From an uncultured Candidatus Poseidoniales archaeon (GTDB lineage: Archaea; Thermoplasmatota; Poseidoniia; Poseidoniales; Thalassarchaeaceae), in the NCBI GenBank assembly GCA_964570065.1, contig CAZMVZ010000001.1:41652-105651 (forward strand): a DNA stretch of 64,000 nucleotides, read 5' to 3'. Positions within the stretch are counted from its first letter, which is position 1, and every line of letters starts with the position of its first letter. Both the position numbers and the translations under genes were made by a program. Below, piece by piece: positions 9,033 through 18,107 of the stretch. The notes beneath the pieces were generated by a model that ran no database searches, had not been told where the DNA came from, and saw only the letters and a list, made by a program, of their open reading frames with translations.

Positions 9033-10283
9033 TCACATGAAAATGAGTGCTGGATTTTCCAGCATTCTCTTGAGGTGCTGAATCAGGGAAGCCCCGTCTG
9101 CCCCATCGACCACACGATGGTCAAATGCGCTTGAGAGATTCATAATCCTCCTAACAACTATCTCCCCCTCCCTGACAACAGGCATCTCTCTGGCCTTGTG
9201 TACGCCGAGGATAGAGACCTCTGGATGATTAATTATCGGAGTAGCCCCCAAGCCACCCTCGCGCCCCAGGCTTGTGATTGTGAAAGTGGATCCGGTAAGC
9301 TCGTCTAGACTGGCACTCCCATCTCTCGCAGATCCGGTTACTCTCTGCATTTCTGATGCAGCGTGCCAGATGTCCATAGCCTCAACATGCTTTACCACAG
9401 GGACATACAAGCCACGCTCAGTCTGGGTCGCAATTCCCAGGTTCACTGCTCCCTGCCTGTTAACAACGCCACCCTCGTCATCGAAGTGTGCATTGCATTC
9501 GGGATGTTCAGGCATAATCTTCGCGAGAGCCAGCATGATGAATGGCAGGTAGGTCAATTTCGGTTGCGACTCATCTCTTGTCGAGTTGAGAACTTGCCTC
9601 AAAGACTCTAGCTCAGTAATGTCGACCTCTTCGAAATATGAGAAGTGCGGAATCCTGCTCTTTGATAGGCTCATTTGCTCAGAGATCTTACGCCTCAGTC
9701 CTACAACCTTCACTGGTGTGACTTCTGTCCTCCTAACTGAGTAGGCCATAGGCGGGGCACCCGAAATTGCTCCACCAGCGGCTATGAATGCATCCAAATC
9801 AGCATGCCTGATCCTTCCAGCCGGACCCGACCCTCTAACGGTTGACAGATCCACGTCGTTCTCTCTTGCACGCTTCCTAACTGCAGGACTCGCCAGGACT
9901 CGTCCGGTTGACGGCTGAGTTGGCACCTTGGGAGCAGGGGCCGGAGCGGGAGCAGGGGCCGGAGCGGGAGCAGGGGCCGGAGCGGTATCCGATGTGCCGC
10001 CATCACCGTCGGCCACTTCCTTTTCACTTGCTGACTCTTCCCCCCCAGTGTCGATCTCGAGTAGAGTCGTCCCGACTGCAATCATGTCGCCAACTCCTCC
10101 GCTTAGGGAATCGACTACTCCGCTCTTCGGGGATGGAATTGTCACGGTTGCCTTGTCAGTCATCACATCGACAATAGGATCGTCCTCGGAGACCGAATCG
10201 CCAACCGAGACGTGCCATTGAACTACCTCCCCTTCTACTACTCCCTCTCCTATATCGGGCAACTTAAACACGAAATTTCCCAT
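9033..10283 (-). CDS. bkdB: Dihydrolipoamide acyltransferase (E2) of a branched-chain 2-oxoacid dehydrogenase
   Basis: Single lipoyl domain (VMTDKA), Pro/Ala linker, E3-binding ASPAVRKRARE, catalytic DHRVVDG. Confidence 0.92.
   Translation of the reverse strand: MGNFVFKLPDIGEGVVEGEVVQWHVSVGDSVSEDDPIVDVMTDKATVTIPSPKSGVVDSLSGGVGDMIAVGTTLLEIDTGGEESASEKEVADGDGGTSDTAPAPAPAPAPAPAPAPAPKVPTQPSTGRVLASPAVRKRARENDVDLSTVRGSGPAGRIRHADLDAFIAAGGAISGAPPMAYSVRRTEVTPVKVVGLRRKISEQMSLSKSRIPHFSYFEEVDITELESLRQVLNSTRDESQPKLTYLPFIMLALAKIMPEHPECNAHFDDEGGVVNRQGAVNLGIATQTERGLYVPVVKHVEAMDIWHAASEMQRVTGSARDGSASLDELTGSTFTITSLGREGGLGATPIINHPEVSILGVHKAREMPVVREGEIVVRRIMNLSSAFDHRVVDGADGASLIQHLKRMLENPALIFM
9931..9984. repeat. 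Perfect tandem repeat, 3 x 18 bp (GGAGCAGGGGCCGGAGCG), encoding the (AP)n linker of E2
   Basis: Units read directly at 9931-9948, 9949-9966 and 9967-9984. Confidence 0.95.
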
Positions 10284-10284
10284 C

Positions 10285-11295
10285 TTACTCCTCCTGTGTT
10301 TTCACTATCGCCGCTGCGATTCTAGATGGTCCGGGCATGTAATCCCATTCAGTAGTATGGGGGAATGGCGTGTCCCATCCAGTGACCCTCTCGATGGGAG
10401 CCTCAAGGTGGTAGAAGCACCTCTCCTGTATCGAAGCCGCCATTTCCGCACCGAAACCACTGGTCTTAGGAGCTTCATGGACAATCACACACCTACCCGT
10501 CTTCTCGACCGAACTTACGATCGCCCCCCTGTCCCAAGGAATCAGAGTCTGCAGGTCAATTAGATCGCATGATACCCCGCTGTCACTGATTGCTTGCTCG
10601 CAAACATGGACCATGGCACCCCATGAGATTACTGTGCAATCGCTTCCTTGTTGTGCCAACCTCGCCTCGCCAAGGGGGATTCTATATTGGCTCTCGGGAA
10701 CTTCGGCCTCTGGATGATCAGCCCATGTGGGTACGTTGTGGGGGTCTCCGTAGAATGGCCCACGATAACACCTCTTCGGCTCGAAGAAAACGACAGGATC
10801 ATTGCACTCAATTGCACTAATCAGTAGACCCTTTGCATTGTAAGGGGTTGAGCAGTAAACCACCTTTAGTCCGGGCGTATGGGTGAATTGAGACTCTGGG
10901 GACTGTGAATGGTGGTGCCCGCCCCTAATGCCACCACCTGCTGGGGTCCTGAGTGTGACCGGGGACCAGAACTCCCCTCCCGACCTGTGCCTTATCTTGG
11001 CCATCTCGTTCACAATCTGATCATAAGCCGGGAAGATGTAGTCAGCAAACTGAATTTCCACTACTGGCCTGAGTCCATTTAATCCCATTCCAAACGCGGT
11101 TGCAGCAATGCCCCCTTCCGAAAGAGGCGAGTCGAAAACACGATGATCCCCATGCTTCTCTTGCAACCCATCAGTTGTTCTGAATACCCCTCCAAAGTAT
11201 CCGACGTCTTCCCCGAAGATGATTACATTAGGATCGCTATCCAGCATATTGTCGAGAGCGCTGTTTAGTGACTGAATCATATTCATGTTTGCCAT
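10285..11295 (-). CDS. bkdA2: 2-oxoisovalerate dehydrogenase E1 beta subunit
   Basis: GEDVGYFGGVFR, EIQFADY, GGHHHSQSPE, FFEPKR, RVTGWDTPFP. Confidence 0.93.
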   Translation of the reverse strand: MANMNMIQSLNSALDNMLDSDPNVIIFGEDVGYFGGVFRTTDGLQEKHGDHRVFDSPLSEGGIAATAFGMGLNGLRPVVEIQFADYIFPAYDQIVNEMAKIRHRSGGEFWSPVTLRTPAGGGIRGGHHHSQSPESQFTHTPGLKVVYCSTPYNAKGLLISAIECNDPVVFFEPKRCYRGPFYGDPHNVPTWADHPEAEVPESQYRIPLGEARLAQQGSDCTVISWGAMVHVCEQAISDSGVSCDLIDLQTLIPWDRGAIVSSVEKTGRCVIVHEAPKTSGFGAEMAASIQERCFYHLEAPIERVTGWDTPFPHTTEWDYMPGPSRIAAAIVKTQEE

Positions 11296-11297
11296 AT

Positions 11298-12533
11298 TCA
11301 GCCTCCCATCATCTCGTCATGCTGCTCTCTCAGGTGCCAAGGCATTTCTTCGTACACCTCTGTGAAAATAGTTTCCGCAGAGGGATATGGTCCGTTTGCC
11401 AGATCTCCGAATTTTACCGCCTCCTTGTAAGCATCAATAACCTCTGAGTCGATCCTTTCCTCCAGTTCTTTGTGTCGCTCCTCACTCCACTCTCCCAATT
11501 TTATCAGGTGTCCTTTCAGCCTATCCACAGGATCGCCACCAGGCCACTTAGTATGCTCTTCCTTGGGCCTATATCTGCTAGGATCGTCACTGCTGCTGTG
11601 TGCTCCCGTTCTGTAAGTTAGAACCTCGATGTGAGTGGCCCCAGAACCTGCAGCAGCTCTCTCTCGTGCCCACTTGGTCACTGAATATAGCGCTAGGAAA
11701 TCGTTTCCGTCTACCCTAATTGAAGCAAGCCCGAAAGGGATACCCCTCGATGCGAAATCCCCCATCCCAGAAGCGAAGTTGGAATGAGTCGAAATTGCCC
11801 ATTGGTTGTTTACCACATTCAGAATTACAGGGGCCTTGAACACACTTGCGAAGTTTAACGCATAGTGATAATCCCCCTCAGCGCTCGCCCCATCTCCTAT
11901 CCAGGTAATCGTCACCTCATCCAGTCCTTTGTACCTTGATGCCAACCCCACCCCTACGGCCTGGCTGAACTGTGTTCCAACAGGGCTGGAAACAGAAATG
12001 AACCGCCCCTCACGATACGAATAGTGTACTGGCATCTGTCTTCCCTTGATGTTGTCTTCTACGTTTCCAATGCAGTGGCAGATCATGCTAACCATCCCCC
12101 TGCCTCTGACGAATTGAGCTCCCGGCTGCCTGTAAGTTGGAAAAATCCAGTCTTGCTCCTCCAAAGCCATTGTTTGGGCGATAGCAACTGCCTCCTCTCC
12201 CAATGAACGCATGTAGAATGACAGTAGACCAGTCCTCTGCATTTTCATCATCCTATCGTCGAAGATCCTCAATCTGACCATGTGTTCCAAGCCGGTTCGG
12301 AGTTTATCTGCAGAGAGTCCTGGGTCCCATTCCCCAGAGGCATTTCCATCGTCATCAAGGACCCTGACTAGGCCCTTTGCTAGGTCCACTGTATCTTGGA
12401 AATGACAATTCTTGGGATCGGGCATCGGGTAATCGCCAGGTTTCCATGGCCAGTTTTCGAAACTAGATTCCTCCCCTGGCCTGAATGGGGCGTCTGGAAC
12501 GTGGATTTTCCCACCAGTGCCCTTAGTGGTCAT
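11298..12533 (-). CDS. bkdA1: 2-oxoisovalerate dehydrogenase E1 alpha subunit
   Basis: TPP-binding GDGA...NNQWAIS, KGRQMPVHY, HSSSDDPSRYR. The N-terminal HVPDAPFRPG resembles proteobacterial BkdA1. Confidence 0.93.
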   Translation of the reverse strand: MTTKGTGGKIHVPDAPFRPGEESSFENWPWKPGDYPMPDPKNCHFQDTVDLAKGLVRVLDDDGNASGEWDPGLSADKLRTGLEHMVRLRIFDDRMMKMQRTGLLSFYMRSLGEEAVAIAQTMALEEQDWIFPTYRQPGAQFVRGRGMVSMICHCIGNVEDNIKGRQMPVHYSYREGRFISVSSPVGTQFSQAVGVGLASRYKGLDEVTITWIGDGASAEGDYHYALNFASVFKAPVILNVVNNQWAISTHSNFASGMGDFASRGIPFGLASIRVDGNDFLALYSVTKWARERAAAGSGATHIEVLTYRTGAHSSSDDPSRYRPKEEHTKWPGGDPVDRLKGHLIKLGEWSEERHKELEERIDSEVIDAYKEAVKFGDLANGPYPSAETIFTEVYEEMPWHLREQHDEMMGG

Positions 12534-12550
12534 GTTTCACTCCTCCCTTA

Positions 12551-13618
12551 TCATGAATTATCAACCTCTGCAACAACCAATCTCTTCTGTGACAGGACGT
12601 GACTAACCGCAGAACCCGTAGAGTCTCGTGTGACCACCGGCTCGCCACCCATTGCTTCCTCCCAAAGAAGTCCTGCTCTGTAGCTAGACCTAACCAGGGG
12701 TCCGCTAGCCACAGCACTGAAACCAAGATCCCTGGCGAGGCCATCCCAGTCTGCAAACCTGTCTGGCTCGGGAAACCTGTCTACTGGGAGGTGCCTGAAA
12801 CTAGGCTGCAGATACTGCCCTAGCGTAATCATGTCTACTCCAGCCTCGCGAATCATCCCCATGGCCTCTTCAATCTCTTCATCCGTTTCTCCTAGTCCGA
12901 CCATCAGGCTAGTCTTCGTAAGCAGGTCTGGGCGGATTTCCTTTGCTTTCCTGAGAATTTCTAGAGATTGCCCGAAGGAGGCCCTTTGATCTCGAACTAT
13001 TTTGTCTAGACGAGGCACGCACTCGACATTGTGTGCGAAAACCCTCAGAGGCAGACCATCCAGCATTTTCTCGAGTGCGTCGAGATTTCCGTCTAGATCC
13101 GAACAAAGCAATTCCAAACCAACATCTGGATTCTTGTTGGAAACCTCTACGATGCAGTCTCTGTAGTGCATTGCTCCTCCGTCTTGAAGGTCATCCCTGT
13201 TTACCACAGTAATAACTGCAAAGCTAAGACCCATCCTGAGAACTGCATCAGCCAACTCTTTGGGCTCTTGCGCATTTAGTTCTGGAGGAGTCTTAACGGT
13301 CCCGACCGCGCAGAATCTACAACCTCTAGTGCAAACTTCACCCGCCACCATGAAGGTCGCAGTTCCTCGACCCCAGCAGTCGTGAACGTTCGGGCACCGG
13401 GCCTCCTCGCAGACAGTATTCAATCCATGAGCCACCACATTGCCCTTGGTGGCATTGTATCTCGACTGAGACTGACCAGTCGGCAGCGACGTCTTGAACC
13501 ATGAGGGAAGCCTCTTCCTCATGTTTTTCCTTTTTTCCAGGGGGCTAATCTCACTGGTGCTGTCACAACCTCCGGACGACTCTACTTCGGAATCGATGAT
13601 TGGCAACCGCCTCTCCAT
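12551..13618 (-). CDS. lipA: Lipoyl synthase
   Basis: CEEARCPNVHDC auxiliary cluster, CTRGCRFC radical-SAM motif, GQYLQPS, VRSSYRA. Start set at MERRLP. Confidence 0.97.
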   Translation of the reverse strand: MERRLPIIDSEVESSGGCDSTSEISPLEKRKNMRKRLPSWFKTSLPTGQSQSRYNATKGNVVAHGLNTVCEEARCPNVHDCWGRGTATFMVAGEVCTRGCRFCAVGTVKTPPELNAQEPKELADAVLRMGLSFAVITVVNRDDLQDGGAMHYRDCIVEVSNKNPDVGLELLCSDLDGNLDALEKMLDGLPLRVFAHNVECVPRLDKIVRDQRASFGQSLEILRKAKEIRPDLLTKTSLMVGLGETDEEIEEAMGMIREAGVDMITLGQYLQPSFRHLPVDRFPEPDRFADWDGLARDLGFSAVASGPLVRSSYRAGLLWEEAMGGEPVVTRDSTGSAVSHVLSQKRLVVAEVDNS

Positions 13619-13715
13619 CGTTATCAGCGGATAGAAGAACGACATTAACCGTTCTCATTGTGAAGTCCCACTTCTTGTGAGCAATCGGTAAAGTGTGTGG
13701 TCCCCTGCGGAATGT

Positions 13716-14474
13716 ATGCGCGGGACGGTATTGGTAACTGGGGGGGCCAAAAGGATAGGCCGAGAAATCTGTCTGAGGCTTTCAAAAGAGGGATTCTCAA
13801 TCGCCATCCACTACAGAACTTCCGAACAAGAGGCGAACCAACTGGTCGGGGATATCGAGTCCAATGGTGGAAAGGCCAAGTCTCTACAATGCGATCTAAA
13901 TGATTCTGATTCCGTGAGGGGATTAATTCACAAGGCAAACGAATCACTTGGCACTGTAGTGGGAGTTGTAAACAACGCCTCCTTCTTCTCTTTCGACAGG
14001 ATTGAAAGCCTCTCAGAAGAACTGTGGACTGAACACATGAAGGTAAACGCATTTGCCCCCCTTGTCCTAATCGCCGAGTTGTCAAAGTCTCACCAAGAAG
14101 CCTCATGGGTCGTGAACGTTTTGGATTTCAAGGTCGAATCACCAAATGCAGATTATCTCTCATATACGGGTTCAAGATTCACAATGTACGGATTGACCTC
14201 CGCACTTGCAATTGATCTCGCCCCAAGAATCAGAGTTAACTCGGTTGCACCAGGGCACGTTCTAACCAGTGACGTTCTAGACGCAGATTCGCTCAAGGTA
14301 GTGCAGTCCCAATCCCCACTTGGGTTCGGACCTTCTGCAAATGACGTGTCCGAAGCAGTATTCTTCCTGGCGAACTCCCCTTCAATCACAGGTCAAACCA
14401 TCTTCGTTGACTCGGGTGAGCGCTTTAGACAGATGGGAAAGGATCCGGCATTTGACAAGGAGGGAGAAAATTGA
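13716..14474 (+). CDS. SDR oxidoreductase, pteridine reductase (PTR1/FolM)-like
   Basis: TGGAKRIG, AIHY, NNASFF, RVNSVAPG, ITGQTIFVDSG; adjacent to a FolB-like gene. Confidence 0.85.
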   Translation: MRGTVLVTGGAKRIGREICLRLSKEGFSIAIHYRTSEQEANQLVGDIESNGGKAKSLQCDLNDSDSVRGLIHKANESLGTVVGVVNNASFFSFDRIESLSEELWTEHMKVNAFAPLVLIAELSKSHQEASWVVNVLDFKVESPNADYLSYTGSRFTMYGLTSALAIDLAPRIRVNSVAPGHVLTSDVLDADSLKVVQSQSPLGFGPSANDVSEAVFFLANSPSITGQTIFVDSGERFRQMGKDPAFDKEGEN

Positions 14475-14890
14475 CAATCACAACTCACCATCTTAGTCCC
14501 ATAATCGGAAACCTCGAGTCTAATGGATGGACAACATTACGACTCGAAGACGTGGTAATGGATCTGGACATAGGTGCACACGATTACGAGAAGGGGGTGA
14601 AGCAACCGGTGAGATTTGATATCGAAGTTTTGCTCGAGGGCGCAGACTCCCCAATCAATGATCAAATTGGAGACGTTCTAGACTACGAGTATCTCTATCG
14701 CTCAATAGAAACAGCCACTTCTAAGAGGAATACCCTCATGGAGACAATTGCCTCTTCAATACTGGATTCCATACTACTTCCAGAGAGTGTTGTAGCCGGA
14801 GTGGTGTGCTTGACCAAGACTTCCCCCATGGGCTTTGATGGTAAGTTTGGCTGCACTCTGGCAAGAGTAAAACGCGAATTTGAGAATTAA
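14471..14890 (+). CDS. folB: Dihydroneopterin aldolase-like
   Basis: IGAHDYEK..KQPVRFDI, LDYE, LMETIA, LTK match the conserved FolB residues. TTGA overlap with the SDR stop. Confidence 0.85.
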   Translation: MTITTHHLSPIIGNLESNGWTTLRLEDVVMDLDIGAHDYEKGVKQPVRFDIEVLLEGADSPINDQIGDVLDYEYLYRSIETATSKRNTLMETIASSILDSILLPESVVAGVVCLTKTSPMGFDGKFGCTLARVKREFEN

Positions 14891-14976
14891 TGGTGCAGGG
14901 GATGGGATTCGAACCCATGAAGCACTAAGCACCGGAGCTTAAGTCCGGCCCCTTTGACCAACTCGGGTACCCCTGC
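14891..14976 (-). tRNA. tRNA-Leu (anticodon TAA), intronless, CCA encoded
   Basis: Reverse complement GCAGGGGTACCCGAGTTGGTCAAAGGGG-CCGGA-CT-TAA-GC-TCCGG-...-CATGGGTTCGAATCCCAT-CCCCTGC-ACCA has an acceptor stem, long variable arm and TTCGAA T-loop. Confidence 0.96.
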
Positions 14977-15077
14977 AGCCTAACGAGCATCGACTTTCGA
15001 TTTCAACCGAGCGGACAATAACGTGCTATAACCGACGCATCCACCACTCTAGACTCCCGAACTCTTTAACATCCCGG

Positions 15078-18032
15078 ATGCGGCGCACAATCGTGCGAAA
15101 TCGCAACTCCCGCCTCTCTGTACGTAAAACTACACTGATCTCACTGTCATTGGTGTTATTGATGCTTATTCCCACTGGCTTCGATTTGGAATCTCCAGAA
15201 CTTCCCGATTACAAGGTATTCAATTCCTCAGAAAGTGCACCAGATGCCAACTTGTACAAGCTATACTTCGTACAACCGGGACAGAACCAGACTGCTGGAA
15301 TGGACGGATTGATCAGTACTAAACCGCCTGAGGGGAACGCGGATCAGGAAGTGGCAAGCGCATTGGATGACGATGTCCAATTCATGACCATTTCATTGAT
15401 GTCATCGATGGAATTCTTTGGGAGGAAGTTCCATGCAAATGACTCGTACTACATACCAGTTGAGCTATTCCTCAAGTCTGAAGGATCTCAGAATTCAAAT
15501 GTCGATTGGACAGTTTCCGTTATGACTTCTGAGAGAACCATTGGCTCCACAACTTATTCCGGTTCCGTATGCTCTTCATCATTTGGCAGCAGTTGCGATT
15601 TTGATCACGAGATTATCGACGTAGGGATAGGCAATTCCGAATCATTCCAAGTTGGGAAGAACGAGCGACTGATAATCAGGGTTAGAGCCAGCATGTCGGG
15701 GTGCGACAGTAGCGACAGCCCGTTCGGCGGATCTAGCTGTTCTGCAGATGTCGCATTCAACAACATCGATAATGAGCCAAACAAATTCTCCAAGATGGAG
15801 GCAAATGGAAATGCACTGATGAATAGCATCATCGTAGTCCAGAGGGAAGGTGCAAACATTGCTGATGGTTCCGTGATAGATTGGTACCCGAATGACATTG
15901 TCGAGGACAGGGAGATGCAGTTCTCAATAGATGCAATCAGCGCATTTGGGAGGGCGGATATTTCAAGGGTTGACATCCTGATGAGGGGCCCGGATGGGAA
16001 CTATGAGGTCGATGAAAGAATAACTGGTGACATGGAGGAAATAGAGGATTCCAGCACAGGAGTCTTTGGCAAATTCCTTTTCACCTACGATAGTGGACTT
16101 TCTCCCGGGGAGTATACTGTATTTCTCAGGGTCCGGGATGTCGGTGGTAACGAAATTGAAATCGAGCACGAACCAATAGAGATGCATCAGTTCGGAGTGT
16201 CACTGAAGCACAGGTTCGATCGTTCAGTTGAGTACTTCGCCCCGGGTAAGGTCACCCCCGTCCCGATGGTTCTTGTCCATAGGGGGGACTCCACCAAGTC
16301 GATGAACGTAGAACTTGAAGTTTTGACCAATTTGGGCAGCTCTTGGTTGGTTGAGTTCGACTCCCCAGCAGGATACGAGATGAGCTCTGGGGGTACGGTG
16401 ATTAATCCAACTGTGACTCTCACAGCACCCGATGATCTGACCGGGATGCCGAAGAAGATTGAGATTCGAGCAGTCGCTGAGGCCGATGTGGATGGGGTTA
16501 TCTCGGTTGTCCATCAGGATACGCTCGTACTAAACGTGGAGAAGATTGACGTCTACCAGCCCCCGGTAGTTTCAGTCTGGTCCGAGGATCACAAAACACC
16601 GATAGCTAACTCTTCCAGAGGTGATGCCCTGGATTCGACCATCCCCAGATTCGCCGAGTACGGGGAATTCAACCCATTTATTTTGGAGATTTTCAATACT
16701 GGTTTTGATGCCGATACATTCAGGATCGACATTCTGAAGAGGTCGAAATCAATCTTCCAATTGCACGATAATCTAACTGGGCAGAGGATACTTCAAGATG
16801 AGGGTGATGGGACTTTCCACACTCCTTTACTGGAGAGGCACAGCACCAAGGTCCTGATTCTGGGGGTTAAGCCAAGCCTAGACAGGGAGGATGAGGATAT
16901 CGGGGAGATTGAGATAGAAGTAATCAGTGGAGGAAATGCCTCTACCACAACTACTGTTTCATTCACAATCCAGAGAACATTTGGGATAAGGGGGGAGGTC
17001 TCACAGGATTGTGATGGGACGCCTCTAGGCCACATGAAGGTGGCACTTTGTGCGCCCGGTCAGGATAGGCCTGAATTGGACTTCAGGGCGCGATTGACGA
17101 ATAGTGAGACGAATCTGGAAGCAGCATCATGGTGGTTGCTTCAGAACCCCGCATCGTTGAAGGAAAATACCGACAGAAACTCTGCTTATGGCCAATGGGA
17201 TTTCAGAATAACAAATTCGGATGGAGAATCAGTTCCTCGAGTATCCCTTGGGCCCGGAGACTTCACAGAGGTCTTCATCAGCGTAACCCTGACTAATCAG
17301 GTAGAGGTTGGGAATCATACTGTCTACCTGAGGATTGTTGAGGATATAGAAGAAGACGAACCAAGATATTTCGATCTTCCTATGACCTTCGAAATTGAAG
17401 CCGACCAACCAATGTTGGAGATTGTTCAGGTTTCCCAGAATACTAAACTTGCACCTGGAAATGACTATTCTATCCAGATGAAAGTGAAGAATGAAGGAAA
17501 CAGTCCAATGACCGTTCTGCTTGAAGCTGACGTAGACGAGAGTGGGTGGGATGTGAGCATCGGTGGCCTTTCGGGTTCCCCCTTGATAGAAATTGAAGCA
17601 TTTGACGAGGCCACATTTACTGTCGAGGTTTCTGTGTCTAGTTCGGCAAACAACGGAGATTCAATTCCGATTTCAGTTACTGCCACCCCACTAGACACAG
17701 AGCAGAGTTTCCCGGAGTCTCTAACCGCCAAGTTCACTCTTACGGCAATAGTAGAGATCGGGTCTTTCGTCGATATAATTGTTAACGAAATGGCCCATCC
17801 TAGGCCAATCACTCTTGTTCTGGTATTGGTCAGTGTTCTATTGCTGTTCGCTGGTATTCAGAGCAGGCTCAATAGGAGAAGGTGGGCAGCACAGATGAGG
17901 ATGCTGGAGACTCTATCTGACGATGAGGTTGAAGTCCAAGAAAACACTCCTGAGATTCCCGCACCAGTAACCGTAGAGGAAGAACATAGGGGCGTAGATA
18001 AGTACGACGATGACGATGTCGAGCTGATATAG
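15078..18032 (+). CDS. Large secreted, C-terminally anchored surface protein with Ig/CARDB-like beta domains
   Basis: N-terminal basic plus hydrophobic signal; VKNEGNSP and IFNTGFDAD Ig/CARDB-like strands; C-terminal TM (ITLVLVLVSVLLLFAGI) followed by RLNRRR and an acidic tail. Confidence 0.75.
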   Translation: MRRTIVRNRNSRLSVRKTTLISLSLVLLMLIPTGFDLESPELPDYKVFNSSESAPDANLYKLYFVQPGQNQTAGMDGLISTKPPEGNADQEVASALDDDVQFMTISLMSSMEFFGRKFHANDSYYIPVELFLKSEGSQNSNVDWTVSVMTSERTIGSTTYSGSVCSSSFGSSCDFDHEIIDVGIGNSESFQVGKNERLIIRVRASMSGCDSSDSPFGGSSCSADVAFNNIDNEPNKFSKMEANGNALMNSIIVVQREGANIADGSVIDWYPNDIVEDREMQFSIDAISAFGRADISRVDILMRGPDGNYEVDERITGDMEEIEDSSTGVFGKFLFTYDSGLSPGEYTVFLRVRDVGGNEIEIEHEPIEMHQFGVSLKHRFDRSVEYFAPGKVTPVPMVLVHRGDSTKSMNVELEVLTNLGSSWLVEFDSPAGYEMSSGGTVINPTVTLTAPDDLTGMPKKIEIRAVAEADVDGVISVVHQDTLVLNVEKIDVYQPPVVSVWSEDHKTPIANSSRGDALDSTIPRFAEYGEFNPFILEIFNTGFDADTFRIDILKRSKSIFQLHDNLTGQRILQDEGDGTFHTPLLERHSTKVLILGVKPSLDREDEDIGEIEIEVISGGNASTTTTVSFTIQRTFGIRGEVSQDCDGTPLGHMKVALCAPGQDRPELDFRARLTNSETNLEAASWWLLQNPASLKENTDRNSAYGQWDFRITNSDGESVPRVSLGPGDFTEVFISVTLTNQVEVGNHTVYLRIVEDIEEDEPRYFDLPMTFEIEADQPMLEIVQVSQNTKLAPGNDYSIQMKVKNEGNSPMTVLLEADVDESGWDVSIGGLSGSPLIEIEAFDEATFTVEVSVSSSANNGDSIPISVTATPLDTEQSFPESLTAKFTLTAIVEIGSFVDIIVNEMAHPRPITLVLVLVSVLLLFAGIQSRLNRRRWAAQMRMLETLSDDEVEVQENTPEIPAPVTVEEEHRGVDKYDDDDVELI

Positions 18033-18039
18033 TCTGCAA

Positions 18040-18070
18040 ATGTACGAACGACGCTCCATTCTTCTTAAGA
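18040..18070 (+). promoter_or_regulatory. Shared upstream element ATGTACGAACGACGCTCCAT followed by a TATA-like CTTAAG
   Basis: 19/20 identical to 56105-56124. Both copies lie just upstream of an AT-rich box and a giant Ca-repeat gene. Confidence 0.6.
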
Positions 18071-18107
18071 CCCAAAGTTAGCGGCCTACAAAACGAGACT
18101 GGCATCT

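Noticed and set aside
15086..15099. 14-nt exact match CACAATCGTGCGAA also at 34953-34966
   Set aside because: A match of this length is expected by chance in 64 kb, and one copy lies within a probable coding start
14891..18032. Genomic island integrated at tRNA-Leu
   Set aside because: No integrase, no duplicated tRNA 3' end seen, and no obvious compositional shift; the tRNA 3' end abuts folB
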